A program made the position numbers and the translations under genes. Below the pieces are notes generated by a model. It searched no databases, had not been told where the DNA came from, and saw only the letters and a program-made list of their open reading frames with translations. DNA of 64,000 nucleotides from Octopus bimaculoides (Eukaryota): NCBI RefSeq assembly GCF_001194135.2, contig NC_068982.1, positions 10,968,617 through 11,032,616 on the forward strand, read 5' to 3'. Numbering within the stretch: the first letter of the stretch is position 1; every line of letters begins with the position of its first letter. Below are positions 1-12,380 of this stretch, piece after piece.

Positions 1-355
1 GCTATGGAAAGGTGACTATGGAAAGGCGATTATGGAAAGGCGACTATGGAAGGGTGACTATGGAAAGGTGACTATGGAAAGGTGGTTATGGAAAGGTGAT
101 TATGGAAAGGCGACTATGAAAAGGTGACAATGGAAAGGTGACTATGGAAAGGCGATTATGGAAAGGCGACTATGGAAAGGTGACTATGGAAAGGTGACAA
201 TGGAAAGGTGACTATGGAAAGGCGATTATGGAAAGGCGACTATGGAAAGGTGATTATGGAAAGGTGATTATGGAAAGGCGACTATGGAAGGGTGACTATG
301 GAAAGGTAATTATGGAAGGGTGACTATGGAAAGGTAACTACGGAAAGGTGACTAT
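1..355 (+). repeat. 14-bp minisatellite (consensus gactatggaaaggt; gat/gac and ggc/ggt variants), about 25 units, cut by the window start
   Basis: Tandem units such as gactatggaaaggt and gattatggaaaggc read directly from position 1 to about 355. Confidence 0.95.
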
Positions 356-715
356 TCTCGGTATTTCCGCATTGTCTTCTTTCTTGTCAGTAACAAAGAT
401 GACTATTTGTTGTATATATTTTACCCCTCATGTGCTTGCTGATGTGTTTGTATGTTTTATGGATGTAGCAAGTTGAATATAACAAGTTTTTTTGTTTAAT
501 GTATGGTAGAGAATTTTACATATATTACACGGTTGAATTAATAGTGAATAATTAAAGAATATAAACTCATTATATTAAAGAACATTAAAGAACGAACTTA
601 AACAAATTTCATGAATCAACCGTTTTATTATAATTCTACTCCAATGTATATTTTCCGTTACGAATAAAGATTTACCATTGGAAATTCTTTTAATTCGACA
701 CTAGAAAATACATAC

Positions 716-953
716 AGTTCTATATTTAAGAGATGAGGAATTATTTACATTATTTACATTGTTTACATTTGACGCATATTTGTCCTCATCTTGTGTGTTG
801 TTAATACAACGTTTTGGCAGATATACCCTCCAGCCTTCGTCAGGTGTCTTGGGGAAATTTTGAACCTGGGTTCTCATTCCTAACGATGTTACTATTATTA
901 TATTATTATTATTAGGTCGCTGCCGTGAATCGAACTCGGAATCTTGGGGTTAG
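716..953 (-). mobile_element. 5'-truncated inverted copy of a tRNA-headed, hammerhead-bearing SINE-like repeat; hammerhead core mutated (GAAAC to AAAAC)
   Basis: Reverse complement of 986-1190. It adds the 3' terminus ttcctcatctcttaaatatagaact, which also appears at about 34670-34700. Confidence 0.85.
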
Positions 954-954
954 G

Positions 955-1190
955 GTTAAGGCGTAGTGGTTAAGAGCGCGGGATACTAACCCCAAGATTC
1001 CGAGTTCGATTCACGGCAGCGACCTAATAATAATAATATAATAATAGTAACATCGTTAGGAATGAGAACCCAGGTTCAAAATTTCCCCAAGACACCTGAC
1101 GAAGGCTGGAGGGTATATCAGCCGAAACGTTGTGTTAACAACAAACAAGATGAGGACAAATATCCGTCAAATGTAAATAATGTAAATAAT
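955..1190 (+). mobile_element. tRNA-headed SINE-like element with internal minimal hammerhead motif and (tgtaaataa)n tail
   Basis: A-box-like aggcgtagtgg (959-969), B-box gagttcgattc (1002-1012), (aat)n linker, hammerhead at 1091-1136, tandem atgtaaata tail at 1171-1190. Confidence 0.75.
1091..1136 (+). ncRNA. Minimal type I hammerhead ribozyme motif (predicted)
   Basis: GACAC-CUGACGA-A-GGCUG(loop)CAGCC-GAA-ACGU-U-GUGUU. Stem I is GACAC/GUGUU, stem II is GGCUG/CAGCC, stem III is the palindrome ACGU, and the predicted cleavage is after U1131. One extra A precedes stem II. Confidence 0.7.
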
Positions 1191-3457
1191 GCAGAAAATA
1201 CATTCCTCACGAAATATTTTTAATTTATCCTCAACCAACATTTCATTTGTTTATACACTGTAGTTCTTAAACACAGTACTTGTACTATGTTACCTAAAAT
1301 TGTTTATAATTGCAAGTGTAAATTAACACATGTTGATGAAACCGGCGTTCGTGTTTGCATTTCTTCAATGTGCGGGTTGTACACTTAAGGAATTGTAAAT
1401 GACCTCTGACAGATAGAAAAATGTCTGTAAGGGCAATAGATTAAAATTCAATGCATTCTAGATATGAGAAATGGATGATGAATAAACGTTATAATTGCCT
1501 GATTATGCCACATTCATTACTGTAATAACTATAGGTCAATTAGCTAGTTAAAGCTATGACTTGCGTTAATTAGATTGAAAATAATTACTGCACACGTTCT
1601 CACACATACACACATATGTGCATGTGTGTACGCGTATGCATGCATCCACTTCAGGCCAACTACTAAAACGATGTCTCGTGTGAACTTCACAAGTTACTTT
1701 CTATTGCTTTAAAATTTTGAAATAATAGTCTTAAGACTTAGGATCTTGTGAATTTAATCACGAATAACTGATAAATTTTAACTTATGCTTTAAATATACA
1801 CTTTAAATGTTGCCTCAGATAATTCTGAACTCTTTTAATTAGAGGGGTTGAAATTTTCGAAACCAATATTATGCTTAGGTTTAGTGAATTCGTAAATGTT
1901 ATTTCAAACTCGCAGGGATATTTTTTTTCTGATAAATACATCAGTAAGAGTTTAAAGCACAATACTTCGATGTATCAATAAGGAATATAAATTGCTTCGA
2001 TAGATTTTGCTTTCGGATTTACTTTATTATGAAACACATAATCACTAGGGAGCAACAGTGGAATTTAAGGCTCGAATGGAGAAACAATTTCCACGTAGAA
2101 CCATATTTGAAACATAATGCAAAGTGCTGTTCAAGACTTGCGACGCACATATTCCTCATGGGCATGTTCTCCATAGAAGGATGAAACGAGTGGTTAATTC
2201 GAGTTCAAGCCAATCTCCTCACTTTGAATCGCAACCTTTGCCTTGTCTTGGAGGTGTAAGTGCTTTTAATTCGAATATAGCTATTTAAAAACGTATTTAC
2301 GTTTAAAATGACACGCTAGATGCTTTTATAACATTGCGGAACAAGCCCAGGTTTCTCGTAAGTAGATATTAATTGCTAGAAAGAGACAATATTTCACTTT
2401 GCAACAATAATAAACTACTAAGTATATTTAAGGTTTGCAAGTCAATATTATGCCTATTGTGTTAGCAGTGCATTAAACGAATTCATATACGAAACATCGT
2501 AACTTTCAGTAATGGTTCTGAGCTCTAAAGAGAATCTATAGCGATAAACTTAAAAACTCGTGAGTAGAATGCATAATTCTAGTTTGTTCCAAACAAATAT
2601 CAAATCACAACAACGTTTAGCTAGCAATTTTAATAACAATTAATGTTCATACGAAATCCATTGTTACATTTATAAAACTTATATATAGTTGGATAATTAT
2701 ATAACTTTTATTTTTAAAATATTGCATATAAATCTATGTTTGGTTTATTTAACATAAAATCTGTTATTAACATCAAATTTATTATGGATGCTCTGAATAT
2801 TTCAAATATTATTCTTTTCAAAACGAAAATTTAAAAACCATACATTGTTGTGATAACTAGATGTTTTGAAAAATAAGCGATTTCTAATTGATGGTTATAT
2901 GCTTCAACTCAAACCGCTGTCAATTGTCATTATCAAATGACCCCTACTTTGCAGACAGCTTAAACTTTTCAATCACCAACCGAGTTTCTATATTTTAATA
3001 AAAAAAAAAATTGCAAATGATTAAAGTAATAAAATGAATTTTGCAACAAACATATTCATATATCATAGATAGATAGATAGATAGATTCTCACAAATGGTT
3101 TCCAACACATTTTGACGTGTGACTATATGTATATGTGTATATAATGTGTGTATGTGTGTATGTGCGTGTGTTTAAAGGGATATATTATCCGGGTGGATAC
3201 CGTGGTGGCTCTCAGTTATGTTCCAGGTTACGGCTAACCGCATCGGTTAGTATATAACGTCTGTGGTTATTAGGAGTTGTCACTCACGCTGTAAATTCCT
3301 CCAGCTGGTGATTCTGTGTTCGATTCACTGTATATTTACAATAATTATAACGATGGAGAATATGGAGACTGGTATATGCTCAAAATTTATTTCCTTTTAT
3401 TTAACGGTATATTATACTGCATATTTTTCATTGCACACTCTAGATAATTATTGCGCA

Positions 3458-3459
<2 letters not shown>

Positions 3460-3549
<90 letters not shown>
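3460..3549. repeat. (TA)n microsatellite
   Basis: Direct reading. Confidence 0.98.
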
Positions 3550-3550
3550 A

Positions 3551-5040
3551 GGAATTCACAGTGTATAAAGGAATACATTAGTTGAATGAAGAATATAGAG
3601 TAAAACAGTAGATAGAAGAATACAGACAAGAGAATAAAGTTCACAGCTCATCTTCTTTCAGAGCGTATGGAGGTTGGTCCGTACTTCCGTGATAAATATA
3701 ATCCCAGGTAAATCAAGACAGTATTTTGGCAGCAATTTGAATGTTGCGTTCATGCTGAAGGAATGGACCAAATGATTAACTAGTAAGAAAATGGTTCGTG
3801 TGAGTATAAAGCGTGAGAAAGACAGATATAATGATAGACAGATATGGGTTGTGAATGAGCGAATAGAAGAGAGAGGAGCAAGAGAAAAGAAAGGAATGGG
3901 ATAAATGCAGGAAAGAGTGAGTGAGGGCGAAAGTAAAATAAAATCAAAATCAAAAATAATAAATAAAGATAAAGATAAGCTGCCAGTGTTATTCTTTGGT
4001 AGGGTCGGTTTGAGATTGAGGTCGGGCATTAAGGTTTTGGTAAAGTGGGCGATGAAGGCATTTATGGCTATTAATTAAATATATGAATTCTATGTTCGGT
4101 GTTGTCAGATAGACTATTCACTTCAGTTGTCAGTAAAGATAGCTAAAAATAGATGCCTAACTTAAGGGGGTATATATAGGATGAAAAATACAATTAAATT
4201 GGATAAAAGATAAAATATTAAAGAATAAAAATTAAAAGTTCAAAACTAAAGATTAGAAAAGATTATTGCAGCTTGCTAGCTTCCAAGATACTTATGCTGA
4301 TAGATGAAAGAGAAAAGAACGACGTATGTTGTAACGAGCGTGGACGTATATAAGCAAGTGTTGTGTGTGTTGATCTTACTTGCATTTGGACTTATGGAAG
4401 AATCTAAAGGTACAATAGAACTTATATTTACATGAAGAAAATGTTTCGTGCTGTTTATTGAGCACGAAGCATTTTCTCTTCTATTCACTCACTCACAGCC
4501 CATATCTGTTTATCATGATGTCTGTCTTTCTCACTCATTATACCCACGTGGACCATTTTCTAACTAGCTAACCATTTGATCTATTCCTTCAACATAAATG
4601 CAACATTCAAAATATTGCCTGGATTCACCTGGGATTATACTTAAGGCCCTATGCCTTCACAGAAGTACGGACCAACCTCCATACCCTCTGGAAGAAGATG
4701 AGCTGTGAACTTTATTCTGTCTGTATTCTTCTATCTACTTGTTTTAGTCCTTATTCTTCTATTAACTATTTTATTCCTTTATAAACTGTGAATTCCCTGT
4801 CTAGAACTTTCATACATACTCACCTTGTCTCTGATGACGAAATACCCAGTGTATGGAGATGCTAACCTATCACTTGGGATATCGCAGAAACAGCTGTAAG
4901 ACACCCAATAATTAATTAATTAACTAATTAATTGATTAATTATCTCAAATTCACCTTACTCTAAATATTCTAAATGACTCAAGATACTCGTCCTGCTTTG
5001 GTTATTGTTGTCCCTTTTCCTCTTTGGTTATTGTTGTCCC
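3551..5040 (+). mobile_element. Decayed Penelope-like element remnant: inverted pseudo-LTR-like arms (3551-3876 vs 4475-4797) with a downstream hammerhead motif
   Basis: About 325-bp arms are reverse complements by eye (e.g. gttcacagctcatcttc vs gaagatgagctgtgaac; ggaggttggtccgtacttc vs gaagtacggaccaacctcc). A hammerhead follows at 4826-4903 and (TA)n flanks both sides. No recognisable RT ORF remains, so the family call is inferred from architecture. Confidence 0.55.
4826..4903 (+). ncRNA. Type I hammerhead motif with long, partly decayed stem II
   Basis: UGUCU-CUGAUGA-[cg..cccagtg...cacttggg..cg]-GAA-ACAGCUGU-A-AGACA. Stem I is 5 bp and stem III is a perfect 8-nt palindrome. Confidence 0.65.
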
Positions 5041-5799
5041 TTATATATATANNNNNNNNNNNNNNNNNNNNNNNNNNNNNNNNNNNNNNNNNNNATATAT
5101 ATATATATAACGAAATGTAAATATATATACGCATATATACTTGCCGGTATAGAAATACATTACATATATATACAGCAATTTACACACATGCTCAGCGATA
5201 CATGTATATATATATATATATATTTACATGTATACACGCACAAATATACACAGTTATGTATATACATATACACACACTTACACATACATACATTTATAGA
5301 GAGCTATGTTCACATGGACAGAGACATATACCTACATATGTATATACAGACAGATTTACAACTTCACATACATGTCGATATCTCGGTAAGAACATGCAAA
5401 TAAAACATTTAAAAATTTATATACAAATGTGTGTGTATGCGTGTGTCTATACATGCATAAAACCATACATACATGCATACATACATATATGTTTATTTAT
5501 ATAAATACACATACAAACTCATATGTACATAGTCTTTTCTATAGTTGTATATCACTTAGCAAACATATGCCTCACACTCCACATATAGGCACATAATATT
5601 CTATACATACTTTATATACATACCTGAATATGAAAATATCATTGAAAATGAAAAATCAATGCATTCAACATCTTTAATTGCCTGTGTCTAGTCGTTAAAA
5701 TCAAAGAAAGTGCAAATTTAGATGTTATATCAGTTACTGCTGAAGACTATAAAGGAAACAAGAAGTTGTACAGATTATATATATTCGAAGCCCTCAAGA

Positions 5800-6010
5800 T
5801 ATCGCAGGTGCAGGTGTTGGATTCATGGTCCACAAGATCACGATTTCGATTCCTGGACCAGCTGATGCCTTAGGTTCTCGAGTAAAACGTTTCATTTTGT
5901 TACTCCAGTTCACCCAGCTGGTGAAAATGCGTAATCCTGTGACAGACCGACATCCCGCCCGTGGAGAATATATACGCCACAAAAACCAGGAAACTGACCC
6001 TATGAGTCTC
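5800..6010 (+). mobile_element. Degenerate tRNA-derived SINE of a third family
   Basis: B-box-like tttcgattcc followed by tactccagttcacccagctg and cctgtgacagaccgacatcccgcc, which resemble conserved SINE central domains (from memory). It is a GC island in AT background, and the overlapping ORFs are not protein-like. Confidence 0.4.
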
Positions 6011-6653
6011 TATCCTTTTTTATCCAAGATATTACAGGTAGATAAAAATGTTAATATGAAAAATCAATGCATAATAGCATGTATTTACAAGCATCTTAAA
6101 ACCTTTATATTCAACGAAATTGCTAGATTAACTATGAGATAAAAAGTTGCAACCGGAAGTTCAATATTAAATTCTCTGAAAATGTATTTTTACCTAATAC
6201 AGCAATATGTTTACGATCTTTTCAATTTCAAAAACTAACAGATATACAATATTCATAGAGCACTTTATAATGGTTTATATAATTCTTGTTTTCACGGTCT
6301 GTGTACCGCCGTTGATTATGTTGAACATCTGTTTGTAATAACTTCTAGAGATGGTTATATATATATATTTATATATTTGATCCTTTATATTGAACACTCA
6401 ATATTTCATCTACATTCAATACTTTATTTCATGGTGCCATCCATTTTTATTTTATTTTATTTTATTTTATTTTATATATTGTATATTATATTATATATTG
6501 TATATTCCATATTCTATACCCCACATTGGTTCTGCAGGAATATAAATAAAACATAAAAAACAGACAGTGTTGGAACTCTTTTAAACAAAATAATATATTC
6601 CTCTATACACAATCATACAAAAAAACCACCTTTTTTGTATTTATTTTTACTCG

Positions 6654-6685
<32 letters not shown>

Positions 6686-6842
6686 CATACACGTATGTGC
6701 CTGCATCGAAATGCACGAAAAGTGCTGGTTGAAATTCAAATCGTGATAAGGAAAAAGTTATACGTTCTTCATTTCTTTAGCATTTCGGTTTGTTTTAGCT
6801 CACAGTGTTCCATCTTGGGTTACACACTACGTGTACTTACTC

Positions 6843-7249
6843 TTCTACTCTTTTACTTTTACTTGTTTCAGTCATTTGACTGCGACCATGCTGGAGCGCC
6901 GCTTTTTAGTCGAGCAAATCTACCCCAGGACTTATTCTTTGTAAGCCTAGTACTTATTCTATCGGTCTCTTTTTTTGCCGAACTGCAAAGTTATGGGGAC
7001 ATAAACACACCACCATCGGTTTTCAAGCGATGCTGGGGGTACAAACACAGACACACAAACATACACATACACATACAGATATATATATATGCATATATAC
7101 GACGGGCTTCTTTCAGTTTCCGTCTACCAAATCCACTCACAAGACTTTGGTCAGCCCGAGGCTATAGTAGAAGACACTTGCCCAAGGTGCCACGCAGTGG
7201 GAATGAACTCGGAACCATGTGGTTGGTAAGCAAGTTATTTACCCCACAG
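6843..7249 (-). mobile_element. SINE family A (about 400 bp; tRNA head, CORE-like block, internal microsatellite, (aaaag)-type tail; OR-type octopus SINE-like), near full length
   Basis: Minus strand reads head ...ggttccgagttcattcccactgcgtggcaccttgggcaagtgtc... and tail gactgaaacaagtaaaag. It matches the copies at 12871, 35881, 37781 and 57340. Confidence 0.9.
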
Positions 7250-8399
7250 TCGTTTAAATTCTTGAGAGAAGAACCTCACAACACGTATAAGATACATTGC
7301 ATAAGAAAGAAAAACCGGGCGGGAATATGTGAAAAGGACAGTATATTACAAATATATTTGTAGAGAAATGATTAAAGAAACTGTTTGGTAATGATGTAGT
7401 TCTTTCTTATTTAAGTTCTACTAATTACACTTAATATTGTATCTTACTAGATAAAATTAGTAAAAAATTTCACTATTTCCAGACATAGTTCTGGAATCTA
7501 TCTACTACTGTAGTAGATTTCGTATTCCTGCAGGAATTTTTGATGAAATAGTCGTGTTTCGTGACAAGAAATCCAATTCATAGAATTCTAGAAGTTTCAA
7601 TGTCATAATGCGAAAAGAAAGTATTATATTCTGGCTTGTTCCAGTTTATAAAAACACTTGAAAATCTCCGTATAAACATTAGCTGTATACATATTGAATA
7701 CACGACTTGTGAGATCTACGTAAATATATATATGCAAGCAATGATTTTTTTTCTGTTTCGTTCTGTTATGTTTGTGTAGTTTTTTTTTATCACAAAGGAA
7801 GAGAGAAAGAAATTGCCTGAAGTAACTGAACTTGTACAATTACATCAATATAAGAAATAAATAATATCGTTATAAGGACAAGAAGCAATCACTCGAAAAA
7901 CATCTGCCAATGCTTACCCCAGATACGAATTACTGAACTACGTTTCAGATAGATTCCCATACGGCTTAGAAAACAGCACTACGTAAACAAAAACGCAAAA
8001 GTACAGGTGGCAGACTTTCTAGTATATACTAGTATATACGCACGAACGTGTTACTGTTTAGAATTACTAAACACGTATATTCTATCACACACACGCATAA
8101 ACGAATACACACTCTCTGTTTATACGAGTGATGTACTTTTTTGCAAATTATCAACCGTTTCCTACTCTATCTCATTATATGTTGTCTATTCCCTTTGCAC
8201 TAATTTCCTGATCATATCTTGAGTGTGGCAAGGGACCATGATATTTGCAAGCTAGAGTAATTTATCCACTAATTTTCAGCTAAAGGGTCCTCGATTATTA
8301 AAATATTTCTATTCGTTGTTTCGTTCAACGGGATTTTCCGGTGTTCATTCAGTGCGATCGGCACAAACTCCGTTCCTTATATGTAAACATATGTATGTA

Positions 8400-8439
<40 letters not shown>

Positions 8440-8609
8440 TTATGAGCGATTGTGGTGTCAATTAGATCCAGAGGCTTCAGGTAATGCTAAGTAAGTGCTA
8501 TGGATAGACCACAGTTAAGCTCCAGGTTCGGTGATTATGCAAATAAGGGGTCCATCGTAGGTCATATATCAGCATGTGAATATAAGGATTTACTTTTCGT
8601 AATGAGATA

Positions 8610-8830
8610 AAAAAAAAAACAAGGCTGTGTATAATATAGAACATTTATAAATAGAAGGTCTTACAGCTGTTTCCAGGATATTTATTATATCCCTTCATCG
8701 GAGCTCATGAAAAGAAGATCAGAAAGTTATCTGCAGGTCCGTTGCCTGGTTCGAATGCTTGAAGCAGAAAGAATTCTGCTGGGGCCACACATGAACTAGG
8801 ATATGGTGTTAAACTGAGAATCGGATAAAG
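8610..8830 (-). mobile_element. PLE-like terminal fragment carrying a CCGAUGA-core hammerhead motif (8657-8703)
   Basis: Minus strand: CCGAUGA-A-GGGAUAU-AAUAA-AUAUCCU-G-GAA-ACAGCUGU-A-AGACC. 38 nt are identical to 57188-57225. Boundaries are approximate. Confidence 0.55.
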
Positions 8831-8904
8831 TCAGACCAGTCACTGAGACCACTTTGCAAGTTTTTCAAATATGTAACTTATAAAGTAATGTTGGTACAAT
8901 GCCA

Positions 8905-9084
8905 GAAATTTCTCGAGTGGGGATAAGTCGATTACATCGACCACAGTATTCAACTGGTACTTATTTTATCGACCCCCCCCCCCCAAAGAACGAATAGTAA
9001 AGTCGACCTCGGCGGAATTTAAAGACGGACGAGATTCCACTAAACTTTTTGCCCCGTTTGCTAAAGACTCTGTCAGCTCACTGC
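8905..9084 (-). mobile_element. SINE family B (about 210 bp tRNA-derived), degenerate
   Basis: Shares caactggtacttattttatcgacccc and aagtcgacctcggcggaattt with the other family B copies. Confidence 0.85.
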
Positions 9085-9087
9085 ATT

Positions 9088-9235
9088 GCCGCCGTTTAAG
9101 AAGTTTGCTTCGCAATCATGCAGTGGCGACCTCGATTTCCCTACTTCGTTTGTTGAGTGACTTGTTGGACCCAATCATTGAGAGTGAAATATGATGGATG
9201 GAAACTATGTGGAAATCTATCCATCGGCGGCATTG
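9088..9235 (+). mobile_element. Old degenerate SINE family A 5' half
   Basis: gtttaagaagtttgcttcgcaatcatg...gatggatggaaactatgtggaaatc resembles the family A head and CORE region. Confidence 0.4.
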
Positions 9236-10922
9236 AATCACAGATAAAAAGGGCCAGCTGACACACTTTATTTATTACTGCCTGAAGACCAGTAGGCACT
9301 CGTATCTATGGAACACTCAGTTACTTAAGCACTAATATAATGATGGCGTATTAGAATAGTCCTTCTCAGGACATCAAGGGATTTGTCTGCTTATTTAACT
9401 TTAGCATAAGACAAAATATTATGAAAATGTAACTCAAAAGACAAACTCTACCAAGACGTTAATAAATAAATTTCCAATAAATTATAACGTTGCATAGTTT
9501 TCTGGTAATTCAATTACTGTTATTACACAGACGTCTCTTTTTGAATGACGTACATCCCAATCTGTTTCATATTTTTCTTACACTTTTTGCGTTATGTTTA
9601 TGTATAATTTTCGAAAACGTTTTTCTATGATCAGAATATTAACATCAGAACAAAAGAAGTTTGTGCTTCTAAATAGATTCAGTTTATTTGCCTTTTTTAT
9701 CGGATTAAAGTGTGTGTCCGTGTTTTTATAACGAATCAGCATTTATACAAATTGCATTTTGCACTTCATTAGCCTTATTTTAGCCTAGCTCTAAACAAAT
9801 GTTGTTCATCGTGTTCTATTTCAATATATCATTTACAGCAATATAATGCCAAGGAAACGAACTAGAAAATATATATTTTGACTAAAATTTAGTTACTTAC
9901 AAGCGAAACTTAGTTCAAGTCACAACGATTGATAATTGCATGTTAAATAAATGAGAAAACAAACATATTTTTGAGTTTGGTGGCTCAGAATACGTTACAA
10001 AACATTATATGAATATTTTAACGTCAAAATTTAACAACAAATTTATGAGCTTCGCCAGTATAAAACTTTACATTCTTGATGTTGGCTTTTACCTTGCAAC
10101 AATATCAGTACTAAACATTCTTATATAAGTGATGGAATCTTTATAACTGAGTTAATGTAGGAAACGAGGAAACATTATGGTAATGGATTAGGTGATATTA
10201 ATATAAAAGCTGTATATAGAATGCATTCATCATTTTAAGAGTGTTCATGGCACGATTTTGCATTTCGATAAAAAAGCTCCTTCATATCTTTTAAGTTTTT
10301 AATGGCTTTGCAAGAAGTTTCACGGTTATAAGAACAGCTTGGTACATAGTACCTATAAAGTTTTACATCGTTCAATAACATGGAGAGAGGTAGGTACCTC
10401 GAAAGTGACTGGCCTCGACATATTTCATAAAGACAAAACCCTCATAGATATATTACAGCACATTTTCTTTAGTTACAATATGTAAAAGATATATCATTTC
10501 CAATACATCTTAACTTGTTTAAACAAGTCCTGATATAAAATAAACTTGACAACCCTTGAATTACCGGCATAGAACGAAGTCAATTAACATATCCTTTTAA
10601 TCACTAAGAACATGGAATCGTTTCGACAGTCTGTCTCTTTGTTATAAAAAAATAATCCTAAATTATTAATTCTTTTTAATGTGCGTATACGTTAATCGGC
10701 TTTTAATTTTCGTGTAGTTATTTGATGTATTTTGAATGATGTTACCGGATAAAATTCAAAGCAAAAAATGTTTCCATTAAGAAAGTAGCAACGCCCAACA
10801 ACTTCTCTGATCTCCAGCGTATTCGTAATAATTACGATAACTTATTGGCATTGTCTAATAAAAACCGACTTATTAAAGAAAGCAATTATTTCTTCCGATC
10901 TTTTTCTGGTAGAAATATGTAT

Positions 10923-10924
<2 letters not shown>

Positions 10925-11008
<84 letters not shown>
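10925..11008. repeat. (TG)n microsatellite
   Basis: Direct reading. Confidence 0.98.
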
Positions 11009-11010
<2 letters not shown>

Positions 11011-11227
11011 AAATTTATTTCGGAAAGTCAATACAAAGCAAGTTGAAATTTTTATACTTGAAACAGATATTTTCACCCCGAAATATTTAGATACAAAAAG
11101 TTAATCTACTCCTACGCCTGGAATTTTTATATTTTCCATCTTTTATTTCTGATTTGCAAATGTACTGCTTCTCTAAAAATATTTTTACACTATTTCTCAG
11201 TGCTTCGTATAAAGTAAGCTGCAATGA

Positions 11228-11295
11228 CGTGTGTGTGTGTGTGTGCGCGCGCATGTGTGTGCGCGCGCGCATGTGTGTGTATATGCGTGTGTGTG

Positions 11296-11333
<38 letters not shown>

Positions 11334-11845
11334 CGTTTGTGTATATCTGTGCGTGTATGTGTGTGTGCGGCTGTGCGTGCCTGTGTGTGTGCATGTGTGC
11401 GTGTATGAGTGTGTATGTGTATGCATGCATGTGTGTGTGTGTGTATGTGCATGTGAGTGTGTGTGCGAGTATGTCTGTGTGTATATCTGTGTGTGTATGT
11501 GTGTATGTGTGTGCGTCCGTGAGTGCGCGTGTGTGTGTGTGTTTGCGTGTATGTATGTATATGTGTGTACATGTGTGTGTGTGCGTGTGTTTGCGTGCGT
11601 GTAAGTGCGTGTGTGTGTGTGCGTGTGTGCGTGTGTGTATGTGCGTATGTGTGCGTATGTGCGTGTGTCTATGTGTGTGTGTGTGTGTGTGTGTGCGTGT
11701 GTCTATGTGCGTGTGNNNNNNNNNNTGTGTGTGTGTGTGTGTGTGTGCGTGTGTCTATGTGCGTGTGTCTATGTGTGTGTGTGTGCGTGTATGTGTGCGT
11801 GTGTATGCATGTATGTGTGGATGCGTTTGTATGCGTGTGTATGTA
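11228..11845. repeat. Complex (TG)/(TGCG)/(TATG) microsatellite array with a 10-N gap
   Basis: Direct reading. This array generates the spurious CV/HT ORFs. Confidence 0.95.
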
Positions 11846-12380
11846 ACTAATGTACTGAGACAAGGAGTTTTCTGAAAACTAGCAAATCAACGTCTACGCT
11901 GTTGAACATAAACTCTGCAATAAAAATTTCAAAGTAGAGAAAACCCAACCAGTTTTGCCTCTTATTTACAAGTACGCCCGTTATATATTTACTCAAAACA
12001 CTCTAAATATCATAACTAATAGCTACATAAATAAAATGAGACTCGAAACAGGTAATGTCTATGCTCATTTGCTGATTTATAGATTCGTTAGCGAGAGCAT
12101 ATTGCTCAATTAAAGTTCATAAATTAGTTATAAATAGATTTATGTGCATACATTTAGTATCGATGTGTGAACAGAGCTTGCAGTTAAAACATGTGTGCAT
12201 GGTTATAGATACATAGATATAGAAATATATATACATATACGTTTGTATGTATATATATATATATGTATATATATATAAATATACAGATATAGGGCAGGGA
12301 ATTGTCAATTAGTAATAAAATTAATAATTAACAATTTTGCCAAGTAGTTCAGTATGAAAAAACCTTTATCGGTAAAAACA

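Noticed and set aside
955-1025. Genuine tRNA gene
   Set aside because: It has A- and B-box-like motifs but no complete cloverleaf or acceptor stem, and it is joined to a repeat body that recurs elsewhere. It is better explained as a SINE head.
3255-3400. Distant relative of the tRNA-headed repeat at 955-1090
   Set aside because: Similarity is limited to a B-box-like gttcgattc and overall layout, and is too degenerate to call.
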